From NCBI GenBank assembly GCA_031291685.1, contig JARLIP010000101.1:1-56310 (forward strand): a stretch of 56,310 nt of DNA. Direction: 5' to 3'. This stretch comes from Caulobacteraceae bacterium. GTDB taxonomy: Bacteria; Pseudomonadota; Alphaproteobacteria; Caulobacterales; Caulobacteraceae. The notes below the pieces were generated by a model that was given only the letters and a program-made list of their open reading frames with translations, did no database searches and was not told the origin of the DNA. Made by a program: the position numbers and the translations under genes. Shown piece after piece: positions 41,218 to 50,279 of the stretch (position 1 is its first letter; each line of letters begins with the position of its first letter).

Positions 41218-41697
41218 ATGAAATTTCTCGCCGCGCTTTGCGCCATCGCGTTCCTGGCCTTTGGCGTAACCACCCAGGCCTCCGCCTCCCCAACCCTCGG
41301 CCCCGTGAGCACCTTCTTCGTCGGCACGGGCGCCACCAGTCTCACCAAGAGCGGCATCACCATAGGCTGTACTGCCAACTTGCAAGGCGATATTGACTCC
41401 AGCGGGGTCGGACATATCACCGACGCCTACTTCACATCGGGGAGTTCCCTCTGCTTCACAACCACAGCTATCGACCTTCCCTGGACCGCTACGGCTAACT
41501 TTGTCGGTATCAGCGGCGGCATCGTGAACATCTACCCCTTCGCGGTCAGCACGGTCCTGGGCTCCTGCGGCGGCAGCCTTCTGACAGTCAACATCAACAC
41601 AAGCGGTGTGATCAGCTTCTCCGACAAACCCCTATTGGGTGGCTGCACCGTCTCGGGCTCCATCCAAACCACACCCCGTGTCTATCTAGTGCCCTGA
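41218..41697 (+). CDS. Secreted PraA/PraB-like protein (paralogue 5)
   Basis: Sec signal; four Cys; richer in aromatic and hydrophobic residues than its siblings. Confidence 0.85.
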   Translation: MKFLAALCAIAFLAFGVTTQASASPTLGPVSTFFVGTGATSLTKSGITIGCTANLQGDIDSSGVGHITDAYFTSGSSLCFTTTAIDLPWTATANFVGISGGIVNIYPFAVSTVLGSCGGSLLTVNINTSGVISFSDKPLLGGCTVSGSIQTTPRVYLVP

Positions 41698-41788
41698 GCC
41701 TGTTCAGATCGGGGGGACGTTCAGCATCGCCGCGACACCAGCAATGCAGACTAGGCGCCCTGCGCCTTGGCCGGGGCGTTCTTTTTGG

Positions 41789-43132
41789 CTAGCCCGCCGC
41801 CCCATCCGCGCCCGCCGTGACGGGCGGGGTCCAGACCACCACGTCTCCCGCCTTGAGCCCGGACAGGATCTCCACCCCGTCCGGGCCCACCTTGCCGATC
41901 TGGACGGGAACCGCGTGGCTCTGGCCGCTCTTCGCATCGCGGACCAGGACGGTGGCGGCGGGGGCCGCGCCGCGCACCGACGCCGGGGGCGCCACCAGGG
42001 CGCTGGGATTACGATAGACCTCGATGGCCACATTGGCGGTCATGCCGATCCGCACGGCGGCGGCCTGGTCCGGCGTCAGGCCATCCAGCCGGGCCACGGC
42101 GTCAAAGCTGGTCAGGGGCCCGCTGCTCGCCGAGGGTGGCGAGGCCTCCCCCGCCACGGAGACCACATGCCCCTTCAGCGCCAGGGCGCCGAAGCCCGGC
42201 CCGGTGACACTAACCGCCTGTCCGATCCTGACCCGATTGGCGTCGATCTCTCCCAGATGGAACAGCACCGCGAGCCCCCCTGAGCGCGCGATCGTGCCGA
42301 CCAGCTGTCCCCGGGTCAGGGGCAGGCCCACATGGATGGCGCTCTGGGTCTGGGCCCGGTCGGCGGGCGGGCGCACGATCACCCCGGCCACCGGCGCCCG
42401 CACCACCGCCCCGGCGAGCTGGGCATCGAGCTCGGCCAGGCGCCCCTTGGCGTTCTCCAGATCGATGGCGGCCACCGTGCGGTTGGCGCCCTGCCCCCGC
42501 GCAAGGGCCGTATTCAAGTCCTGCTGGGCGGAGGCCAGAGCGCCTTGCTGGCTGCGCTGCTGCTGCAGCACGCCCTCATATTCGCTGCGGGCCACTAGGC
42601 CCCGGTCCAGCAAGCCCTTGGTCTCCTCGACCTTCCTCTGGGTGTCCTTCAGATCGAAGGCCGCCGAGTCCGCCGCCCGACGGGCCCGGGAGACCTCAGG
42701 CCCCGTCCCCCAGGACGCGATATCCGCGGCCGCCTGGGAGGCCTTGAGGAAGGCGGACATGGCCTCATTGCGCCGTCGCCTCAGGTCGGAGACGTCGAGG
42801 GTGACCAGCACCTGGCCCTGGGTCACCGGCGCGCCATAGTCGAACCCCACCTGGGTGACCACCCCGTCGAAGGGGGCGGTCACGTCCGCATTGTCCCCCG
42901 GCGCCACCGTGCCCGTCACGCTGATCGTGGAGACGAACGGCTGGGGCTGGATCACCATGCTCTGTTCCGCCACGCTCGCCGCGGCCTTGGGGTGGGTGAC
43001 CTTGCGCCAAAGGCTCACGCCGCCCGCAAGCACCACCAGCACAATCGCCATCAGCATCACGGGCCGGGGCCACCCTGGCTTGGCGATGTGCCGGCGGAGC
43101 ATCATGGCCCAACCCGCCTGGTCCTGGTTCAT
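41789..43132 (-). CDS. Periplasmic adaptor (MacA/HlyD-type membrane fusion protein)
   Basis: N-terminal TM, lipoyl halves (VTAPFDGVV, VRAPVAGVI), long coiled coil, VEILSGLKAGD. Start uncertain (43105-43162). Confidence 0.9.
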   Translation of the reverse strand: MNQDQAGWAMMLRRHIAKPGWPRPVMLMAIVLVVLAGGVSLWRKVTHPKAAASVAEQSMVIQPQPFVSTISVTGTVAPGDNADVTAPFDGVVTQVGFDYGAPVTQGQVLVTLDVSDLRRRRNEAMSAFLKASQAAADIASWGTGPEVSRARRAADSAAFDLKDTQRKVEETKGLLDRGLVARSEYEGVLQQQRSQQGALASAQQDLNTALARGQGANRTVAAIDLENAKGRLAELDAQLAGAVVRAPVAGVIVRPPADRAQTQSAIHVGLPLTRGQLVGTIARSGGLAVLFHLGEIDANRVRIGQAVSVTGPGFGALALKGHVVSVAGEASPPSASSGPLTSFDAVARLDGLTPDQAAAVRIGMTANVAIEVYRNPSALVAPPASVRGAAPAATVLVRDAKSGQSHAVPVQIGKVGPDGVEILSGLKAGDVVVWTPPVTAGADGAAG

Positions 43133-43151
43133 CGCGCTCACGCCGCTCTCC

Positions 43152-44369
43152 CTATTCCGCACGCAGGGCTTCGATGGGGTCCAGCCGCGAGGCCTTGACC
43201 GCCGGATAGAGGCCGAAGATCAGGCCCACCACGCAGGCCAGGCCCGGGCCGAGGGGCAGCACATAGAGGGGCAGGCTGAAGCTCCAGTGAGAGGCCATCG
43301 CGATGGCGAACGCCGCCCCCAGGCCCAGCAGCAGCCCCGCCACGCCCCCCGCGAAGGCCAGGGCGCCCGCCTCCACCAGGAACATGATCTGCAAATCCCG
43401 GGGCGAGGCGCCGATCGCCGCCCGCAGCCCGATCTCGGACCGGCGCTCCATCACCCCCATCAGCATCACGTTCATCACGCCAATCCCCCCAACCAGGAGC
43501 GAAATCGCCCCGACAGCGGTGAGTAGCTGGCTGTGGATCGCCTTTTGCGCGTTCATGGTACGGATCATGTCCTGGGCGTTCAGGACCTGCAGGGTGACAA
43601 AGGGATTGGTCAGGGCCTTGACCAGCCGCGCGCTGACCGCCTTGACCTCCACGCCTGGCCGCAGCCGGATCAGGGCCGTGCCCGGGTCCGCCGGGGCCAT
43701 GATCCGGCCGATCCCGGTGAGGGGCGTCATCACCGCATTGTTGAAATCGGTGGGGTCCAGGGCGGTGTAGGAGGTCGGCGCCAACACCCCCACCACGGTA
43801 TAGACATAGCCCCTGACCCGGATCCGCGCCCCCGGCCCCAGAGGCGCGCCGGGCAGGGAAAGCTTCTGCGCCGTCTCGGCGCCCACCACCGCCACCAGAT
43901 TGTCGTCGTCGCTGGGGGCGATGAACCGCCCAACCGCCGGAACCAGACCCGCCAGGCCCTGCAGATCGCCGGTCACCCCCAGCACCCCCTGGTCGCTGGT
44001 CTGCCCCCCCGACACGATCGTGGCCCGATCCAGGGCCAGGGGCGCGGCTATCAGCACCGACGGATCGCTTCCCGCCAGGGCCTCGATCTTGGGGCGCTCG
44101 ATGATCCCCGGCCCGCCCCCCGTCGGCATGGCGTGGATCTGCACGATATCCACCCCCATGTGCTTGAACAGTTTGAGCGTCTCCAGCTGCGCCATATGGC
44201 CGATGGTCAGCATGGCCACGATCGAGGCCGCGCCGATCAGAATGCCCAGCAGGGCCAGGGCCGAGCGCTAGCGCTGGGCGTAGAGGTTGGCGAAGGCCTC
44301 CGCCACCAGTTCGCCCAGGGGGGCGCTGGTCCGCGACAGCTTGGCCCGCGCGGCGGCCGTCCCAGTCAT
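43152..44369 (-). pseudogene. MacB/FtsX-type ABC permease interrupted by an in-frame TAG at codon 34
   Basis: ATG 44369 overlaps the ATPase stop; reads ..EAFANLYAQR*RSALALLGILIG.. (TAG at 44268-44270); C-terminal SLLVGGIGVMN, ERRSEIGLR, YPA.KASRLDPIEALR are intact. Confidence 0.85.
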
Positions 44370-45088
44370 GCCGCCACCGCCGTATCGCGCACGATCCGTC
44401 CGTCCAGGACCTCGATCCGCCGGTCGCAACACGCGGCCAGGTCGCGGTCGTGGGTGACCATCACCACCGTCACCCCCAGCCTGGCGTTCAGGTCCCGCAA
44501 CAGGCCCATGACCTCCCCGGCGGTGACGCTGTCCAGGCTACCGGTGGGCTCGTCGGCCAGGATCATCTTCGGCCCGCCGATGAGCGCCCGGGCCAGGGCC
44601 ACCCGCTGGCGCTGGCCGCCGGACAGCTGGGACGGGCGATGATCGGCGCGGTCCGCCAGGCCCACCTGCTCCAGCTTGGCCAGGGCCGGCGCCTTGCGCG
44701 GGGCCCGGGCCACCCCGCGATAGAGCAGCGGCAGGGCGACATTCTCCCACGCGGTCAGGCGCGGCAACAGATGGAAGGACTGGAAGACGAACCCCAAGGT
44801 GCGGTTGCGCACCTGGGCGGCGGCGTCCGGCGCGGTGAAATCCACCCGCGCCCCGTCCAGCATCACCTCCCCCGCCGAGGGCCGATCCAATAGGCCGATG
44901 ATGTTCATCAGGGTGCTCTTGCCCGAGCCGGAGGGGCCGACAATGGCGCAGAACTCCCCCGCCCCGATGCTGAAGCTGACATCCCGCAAAACGGGTATCG
45001 ACTGCTCCCCCGCGCCATAGCGCTTATGCACATTGATCAGTCGCAGCATGAACGCCACCGCTTCGCCGCCCTCGGGCGCGGCGATCAT
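44366..45088 (-). CDS. ABC transporter ATP-binding protein (MacB/LolD type)
   Basis: [39 protein letters not shown]. Start may be 45049-45100. Confidence 0.93.
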   Translation of the reverse strand: MIAAPEGGEAVAFMLRLINVHKRYGAGEQSIPVLRDVSFSIGAGEFCAIVGPSGSGKSTLMNIIGLLDRPSAGEVMLDGARVDFTAPDAAAQVRNRTLGFVFQSFHLLPRLTAWENVALPLLYRGVARAPRKAPALAKLEQVGLADRADHRPSQLSGGQRQRVALARALIGGPKMILADEPTGSLDSVTAGEVMGLLRDLNARLGVTVVMVTHDRDLAACCDRRIEVLDGRIVRDTAVAA

Positions 45089-45114
45089 TGGCCAAATCAT
45101 CCGCCAAAAATTGC

Positions 45115-45131
45115 TGACATGGAAGTCAATA
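45115..45131. promoter_or_regulatory. TGAC-N6-GTCA palindrome upstream of the exporter operon
   Basis: TGACATGGAAGTCAATA; 13/17 identical to 33228-33244. Confidence 0.45.
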
Positions 45132-45237
45132 ATTCACACGCGGTGGCTAGCCAAGCCGCCTGGGATTTGTTCCCATGGCCCGCCTTTGCCGAGGAGCCCG
45201 AAGATGCGCGCCGGCGGATATTACAGTGTTTACCGCG

Positions 45238-45426
45238 TCATGGGGAGGGCGCGGCCTGCCCTTGAGGCCCTTCGTGCGGCTTAGGGTCGGGGATGGCGTA
45301 GGCCGGTATCGGGTTGGCCGTGTCCGAACGGACCATGCTCGGCCCCCGGGGCGGCGCCTTCAGAACCCTGGGCGCGGCGCAGGCGGCCAGGCCCAGCAGC
45401 ATCAATGTCAGACCAACCCAGCGCAT
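45238..45426 (-). CDS. Small Pro-rich lipoprotein
   Basis: MRWVGLTLMLLGLAAC: basic N-terminus, hydrophobic core, lipobox LAAC; co-oriented with and upstream of the ABC operon. Confidence 0.6.
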   Translation of the reverse strand: MRWVGLTLMLLGLAACAAPRVLKAPPRGPSMVRSDTANPIPAYAIPDPKPHEGPQGQAAPSP

Positions 45427-45432
45427 GCCCAT

Positions 45433-46917
45433 CCGCGGCTCCTCGCCCTCGTCCTATGGGCGATCCTGATCCCGAGCGCCGCCGGCGTGAAGGCCCAAAC
45501 GGCGCCGCCTCATCCGCCCGTCGCTTCCCCGCCGGCGCCCGCGCCCACCGCCCAGGGCCCGCGCCTGGAGATCAGCCTCGCCGATGCGGTGTTCATCGGC
45601 CTGAGGGACAACCGCACGGTCAAGTCGGCCTATGTGGCGCGGGTGTCGCAGAAGTACGATCTGTTCGTCTCCGAACAGCGGTTCCACCCCACCGCCCTCC
45701 TGACCGCGAGCACCCAGACCGATCGCCAGGGTCACACCACCAGCTCCACCCTGAACCTCAACCCCACGGTCTCCTGGCTGGCCCCCACCGGCGCTCAGTT
45801 CCAGTTCGGCTGGTCGCGGCTTGATCAACACGCCCCGGGCGCCAACCAGACCACCGACCTGGCCAGCTTCACCGTCACCCAACCCCTGCTCAAGGGCGGG
45901 GGCCTGGCGGTCAACGCCGCTCCGATCCGCATCGCCGAGTTGCAGGAGCGGATCAATCGCCTGTCGCTCAAGTCGACGGTGTCCAACACCGTGACCAGTA
46001 TCGTGGTCGCCTACCGCGCCCTGCTCCAGACCCAGGAGCAACTGGTGATCGCCCGGGAGTCCCTGAAGCGGTCCCAGGACCAGATGCGCACCAACCAGGC
46101 CCTGATCGACGCCGGGCGCATGGCCGCCGCCGAGATCGTCCAGACCGAGGCCGACATCGCCAACCAGCAGGTGGCCCTGCTCCAGGCCGAGCAGCAGCGC
46201 AACAGCGCCCAGCTGGCCCTCCTGCGCCTCCTGGCCATGGACCTGCACACCGACATCGTCGCCGCCGACCATATTGAGGCCCACCACGTGGGCATCGACC
46301 TCGACCAAGCCATCACCATCGCCCTGGACGGACGCCCCGACTACCTGTCCCAACGGCGGTCCCTGGAGCAGGCTCGCCAGAGCCTGATGCTGGCCAAGAA
46401 CAACCGCCTGTGGGACCTGTCCCTGGTGGGAAGCGTCCAGCATCAATCCCTGCGTGGCTCGAGCGCCATCACCACCACGCCCAGCGCCGCCCTGCCCGAC
46501 ACCAGCGGCAGCCTCGGTCTGGAGCTGCGCATCCCCCTTGGGGACTACACCCTGCAGCAGGGTGAGGTGCAGGCCGCCACCACCGTGCGCACCCAGGAGA
46601 TCCAACTGGAGGACCTGCGCCAGCAGATCGAGGCCCAGGTCCGTGACGCGGTCCAGGGGGTTGAGTTGAGCTGGCGCCAGGTCGAGGCGGCTCGCCAAGC
46701 CCGGGACCTGGCCAAGCGCACCCTGGATCTGGAGCACGAAAAGCTGGAGGCCGGTCGAGCCTCCAACTTCGAGGTCCTGACCTTCGAGGCCAACCTGCGC
46801 GCCGCAGACACCCAGGAGCTGTCGGCCTCGATCAGCTATCTCAACGCCCTCACCCAGCTCGACCAGCAGCTGGGCGCCACCCTGGACACCTGGAAGGTCG
46901 GGCTGAACGACGGATAG
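45433..46917 (+). CDS. TolC family outer membrane channel (start unresolved)
   Basis: Signal-like RLLALVLWAILIPSAAGVKA, Pro linker, two OEP repeats (SLADAV..GL.DN, VTQPLLKG, LRIPL, AGRASNFEV). No canonical in-frame start just before the signal peptide. Confidence 0.88.
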   Translation, partial: PRLLALVLWAILIPSAAGVKAQTAPPHPPVASPPAPAPTAQGPRLEISLADAVFIGLRDNRTVKSAYVARVSQKYDLFVSEQRFHPTALLTASTQTDRQGHTTSSTLNLNPTVSWLAPTGAQFQFGWSRLDQHAPGANQTTDLASFTVTQPLLKGGGLAVNAAPIRIAELQERINRLSLKSTVSNTVTSIVVAYRALLQTQEQLVIARESLKRSQDQMRTNQALIDAGRMAAAEIVQTEADIANQQVALLQAEQQRNSAQLALLRLLAMDLHTDIVAADHIEAHHVGIDLDQAITIALDGRPDYLSQRRSLEQARQSLMLAKNNRLWDLSLVGSVQHQSLRGSSAITTTPSAALPDTSGSLGLELRIPLGDYTLQQGEVQAATTVRTQEIQLEDLRQQIEAQVRDAVQGVELSWRQVEAARQARDLAKRTLDLEHEKLEAGRASNFEVLTFEANLRAADTQELSASISYLNALTQLDQQLGATLDTWKVGLNDG

Positions 46918-46971
46918 GCGGGGCCAGGATCCCACGCGCGCCAACACCGTTGATCTGGGTCACCCAGTCAT

Positions 46972-46988
46972 GATAGCCATAACTATCG
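46972..46988. promoter_or_regulatory. Palindromic operator-like site GATAGCCATAACTATC
   Basis: 46973-46988 matches the reverse complement of 54143-54158 at 14/16. Confidence 0.55.
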
Positions 46989-47008
46989 TTTTCCCAAGGG
47001 GCTCCCAC

Positions 47009-48295
47009 ATGACCTGGACCAACAGCAAAGACACCGCCCTTCGCGCCCGCGCCGAGGCCGTGATCCCCGGCGGCATGTATGGCCATCAGAACGTGGCCCT
47101 GCTTCCCGAGGGCTATCCGCAGTTCTTCGCCAAGGCCCAGGGCGCCCATCTGTGGGACAGCGACGGCAATCGCTATCTCGACTATCTGTGCGGTTATGGC
47201 CCCAATCTATTCGGCTACGGCCACGCGGCCATCAACAAGGCCTATATCGACCAACTGGAGCTTGGGGACACCATGACCGGCCCCGGCGGGGTGATGGTCG
47301 ATCTGGCCGAGCGGTTCGTCTCCATGGTCGCCCACGCCGACTGGGCCATGTTCTGCAAGAACGGCACCGACGCCACCACCATGGCCCTGGTCATCGCCCG
47401 CAACTATCGCGGCAAGAAGACCATCGTGCGGGCCAAGGGCGCCTATCATGGCGCCGCGCCCTGGTGCACCCCCATGGCCGCCGGGATCACCGCCGCCGAC
47501 CGGGCCAATCAGATCTTCTATGATTACAACGATGTGGAAAGCCTTGAGGCGGCCGTGCGCGCCGCCGGCGACGATCTGGCGGCCATCTTCGCCTCTCCCA
47601 TCAAGCACGACACCTTCATCGACCAGGAGGCCCCCAACCCAGCCTACGCCGCCCGCGCCCGGACCCTGTGCGACGAGCACGACGCCCTGTTGATCGTCGA
47701 TGACGTCCGCGCGGGCTTCCGCCTGGCCCGGGACTGTTCCTGGTCCCTGGTGAACGTGAAACCGGACCTGTCCACCTGGGGCAAGGCCATCGCCAATGGC
47801 CACCCGATCTCGGCCCTGCTGGGCAATGACCGGGCCCGGGCGGCGGCGGCGGGGATCTACGCCACCGGCTCCTACTGGTTCTCGGCGGCGCCCATGGCCG
47901 CCTCCCTGGTCACCTTAAAGCTGATCGCGGACAGCGACTATCTGGAGCGCACCCAGGCCCTGGGCGAGCGGCTGCGGGCGGGCCTGACCTCGGCGTCCCA
48001 GGCCCACGGCTTCAGCCTGCGCCAGACCGGCCCGGCGGAAATGCCCCTGATCACCTTCGACGAGGATCCGCAGCTGGCCAAGGGCTACTTCTGGACCAGC
48101 GCCATGCTCAAGCGCGGGATCTACATGCACCCCTGGCACAACATGTTCATCTGCGCCGCCATGACCGAGGCCGACATCGACCACACCCTCGAGGTGGCCG
48201 AGGACGCCTTCAAGGCCATGCGCGGGGCCGCCAGCCTGGAGCCCGCGACCAAGCTGCTGAAAATGGCCGAAGCCGCCGCTCTCCAGCCGCTTTAG
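47009..48295 (+). CDS. Class III aminotransferase, FumI (aminopentol aminotransferase)-like
   Basis: IPGGMYGH, HADWAMFCKNG, DDVRAGFRLARDCSW, PDLSTWGK (PLP Lys), TGSYWFSA, HPWHNMF. Confidence 0.88.
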   Translation: MTWTNSKDTALRARAEAVIPGGMYGHQNVALLPEGYPQFFAKAQGAHLWDSDGNRYLDYLCGYGPNLFGYGHAAINKAYIDQLELGDTMTGPGGVMVDLAERFVSMVAHADWAMFCKNGTDATTMALVIARNYRGKKTIVRAKGAYHGAAPWCTPMAAGITAADRANQIFYDYNDVESLEAAVRAAGDDLAAIFASPIKHDTFIDQEAPNPAYAARARTLCDEHDALLIVDDVRAGFRLARDCSWSLVNVKPDLSTWGKAIANGHPISALLGNDRARAAAAGIYATGSYWFSAAPMAASLVTLKLIADSDYLERTQALGERLRAGLTSASQAHGFSLRQTGPAEMPLITFDEDPQLAKGYFWTSAMLKRGIYMHPWHNMFICAAMTEADIDHTLEVAEDAFKAMRGAASLEPATKLLKMAEAAALQPL

Positions 48296-48449
48296 AATAA
48301 AACCACCGAATTTGGACGACCCGGACCTAAACTGGGGGCGCTTTCGACGGCCTGTGCGCATTGCGCTTGCGCCTGTGGTCGGCGTCCCCACATCTCGCCA
48401 AGAGTCATGGAGCCGGTCTGTCCGGTGACATGCGGCGGGAGGGGTCCGA

Positions 48450-49748
48450 TTGATCAAGCGCGGCGCATTGATCCTGGTCGCGGTCCTGGCTGTGGGCCTC
48501 GCGGGCTTCGCCGCCTTCGCCTGGCGCCCGGCCATCGCGCGCATCGCGCCCCCCGCCGCCTCAAGCTTTTCCCCGCAGCTGGTGGCCCAGGGCGAGATCC
48601 TGGCCGGGGCCGGCTATTGCGCCACCTGCCACACCGCCAAGGGCGGCAAGCCCTTCGCCGGCGGCTATCCGATGCAGACCAGCTTCGGAACCATCTATTC
48701 GTCCAACATCACCCCCGATCCCGAAACCGGCGTCGGCGCCTGGTCGCAGGCGGCCTTCGCCCGGGCCATGCGCCAGGGCGTGGCCCAGAACGGCTCGCAC
48801 CTGTTCCCGGCCTTTCCCTATGATCATTTCAACAAGCTGACCGACGCGGACATCGCCGCCCTCTACGCCTTCATCATGACCCGCCCGCCGGTCAGCGCGC
48901 CACCGGTCCGCAACCGCCTGCCCTTCCCCCTCAACATCCGCGCCCTCCAGGCCGGCTGGAAGCTGCTGTTCTTCCATCCACAGCCCTTCGCTCCCAACCC
49001 CGCCCGGGGCGCGGAGTGGAACCGCGGCGCCTATCTGGCCGAGGGCTTGAGCCACTGCGGCGCCTGCCATACCCCGCGCAACGCCCTGGGCGCCGAGCGC
49101 AAGGACAAGGCCTATGCCGGCGCCCCCATCGACAACTGGGTCGCCCCGCCGCTCACCCGCGCCAATCCCTCCCCGGCGCCCTGGACCGAGGATGAGCTGT
49201 TCGCCTATCTGCGCTCCGGCGTGGCCCGCTATCACGGGGTTTCCGCCGGCCCCATGGCCCCGGTGGTCCATGCGGGCCTGAGCAAGCTGCCGGACAGCGA
49301 CATCCACGCCCTGGCCACCTATTTCGGCGAGATCGGCGGCGGTCAGGCCCGGGAAGCGGACACCGGACCGGTGGTGGAAAAGGCCCTGGCCGCTGACCGC
49401 CTGGGCACAGGACTGCAATATGACGCCCCGGCCCGGCTCTACGCCGCCGCCTGCGCCTCCTGCCACTACAACAACGCCAAGGGTCCGAACCCGCTGCGGC
49501 CGGACTTGGCCCTCAACAGCGCGGTGAACCTGGACGATCCCACCAACCTGATCCGGGTGACCCTCTATGGCCTGGACGCCAAGTCCGGAGCGCCGGGGAT
49601 CGTCATGCCGGGCTTCGCCAGGTTCAGCGACGCGGACGTCGCCCGGATCGCCGCCTATCTGCGGGCGACCCGCACCACCAAGGCGCCCTGGCCGGACCTG
49701 GAAAAGAAGGTCGCGGCCATCCGCGCCCAGGGCAAGGGCAAGGAGTGA
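48450..49748 (+). CDS. Tri-heme cytochrome c subunit of a membrane-bound dehydrogenase
   Basis: CATCH, CGACH, CASCH; N-terminal TM/signal; SNITPDPETG. Confidence 0.92.
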   Translation: MIKRGALILVAVLAVGLAGFAAFAWRPAIARIAPPAASSFSPQLVAQGEILAGAGYCATCHTAKGGKPFAGGYPMQTSFGTIYSSNITPDPETGVGAWSQAAFARAMRQGVAQNGSHLFPAFPYDHFNKLTDADIAALYAFIMTRPPVSAPPVRNRLPFPLNIRALQAGWKLLFFHPQPFAPNPARGAEWNRGAYLAEGLSHCGACHTPRNALGAERKDKAYAGAPIDNWVAPPLTRANPSPAPWTEDELFAYLRSGVARYHGVSAGPMAPVVHAGLSKLPDSDIHALATYFGEIGGGQAREADTGPVVEKALAADRLGTGLQYDAPARLYAAACASCHYNNAKGPNPLRPDLALNSAVNLDDPTNLIRVTLYGLDAKSGAPGIVMPGFARFSDADVARIAAYLRATRTTKAPWPDLEKKVAAIRAQGKGKE

Positions 49749-49778
49749 GGCGGGAATGATGTCCGGAGCCCTATTGTC

Positions 49779-50279
49779 ATGACCAGCTTCACCATCAACG
49801 GCCGAGCCGTCTCCGTGGACGTTGACGACGACACCCCGCTCCTGTGGGTGATCCGCGACGAAATCGGCCTGACCGGCTCCAAGTTCGGCTGCGGGATCGG
49901 CCTGTGCGGCGCTTGCACCGTCCATGTGGGCGGCCGGGCCACCCGCTCCTGCGTGACGCCTGTCAGCGCCGTGGACGGCGCCCAGGTCACCACCATCGAG
50001 GGGCTCGACCCCGCCGACGAACACCCCGTGCAACAGGCCTGGCGCGCCCTGCAGGTTCCCCAGTGCGGCTACTGCCAGTCGGGCCAGATCATGCAGGCCG
50101 CCGCCCTGCTCAAGGACTTCCCCAGCCCCACGGACGAGGACATCGACGCGGTGATGACCGGCAACCTGTGCCGCTGCATGACCTATGTGCGCATCCGCGC
50201 CGCGGTCAAGCAGGCCGCCCAAGCCCTGGCCAACGGCGCCATCCCCAACCTAACCGCCGCCAAGGGAGCCAAGGCGTGA
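49779..50279 (+). CDS. [2Fe-2S] subunit (IorA/CoxS family)
   Basis: [27 protein letters not shown]. Confidence 0.93.
   Translation: MTSFTINGRAVSVDVDDDTPLLWVIRDEIGLTGSKFGCGIGLCGACTVHVGGRATRSCVTPVSAVDGAQVTTIEGLDPADEHPVQQAWRALQVPQCGYCQSGQIMQAAALLKDFPSPTDEDIDAVMTGNLCRCMTYVRIRAAVKQAAQALANGAIPNLTAAKGAKA

Noticed and set aside
38481-41780. Repeats as a CRISPR array, integron cassettes or a DGR
   Set aside because: Repeat units are whole paralogous genes with promoters. There are no spacers, cas genes, attC sites, integron integrase or reverse transcriptase.
44268-44270. Pyrrolysine recoding of the TAG
   Set aside because: No pyl genes in the window, not expected in this lineage, and the position is non-catalytic.
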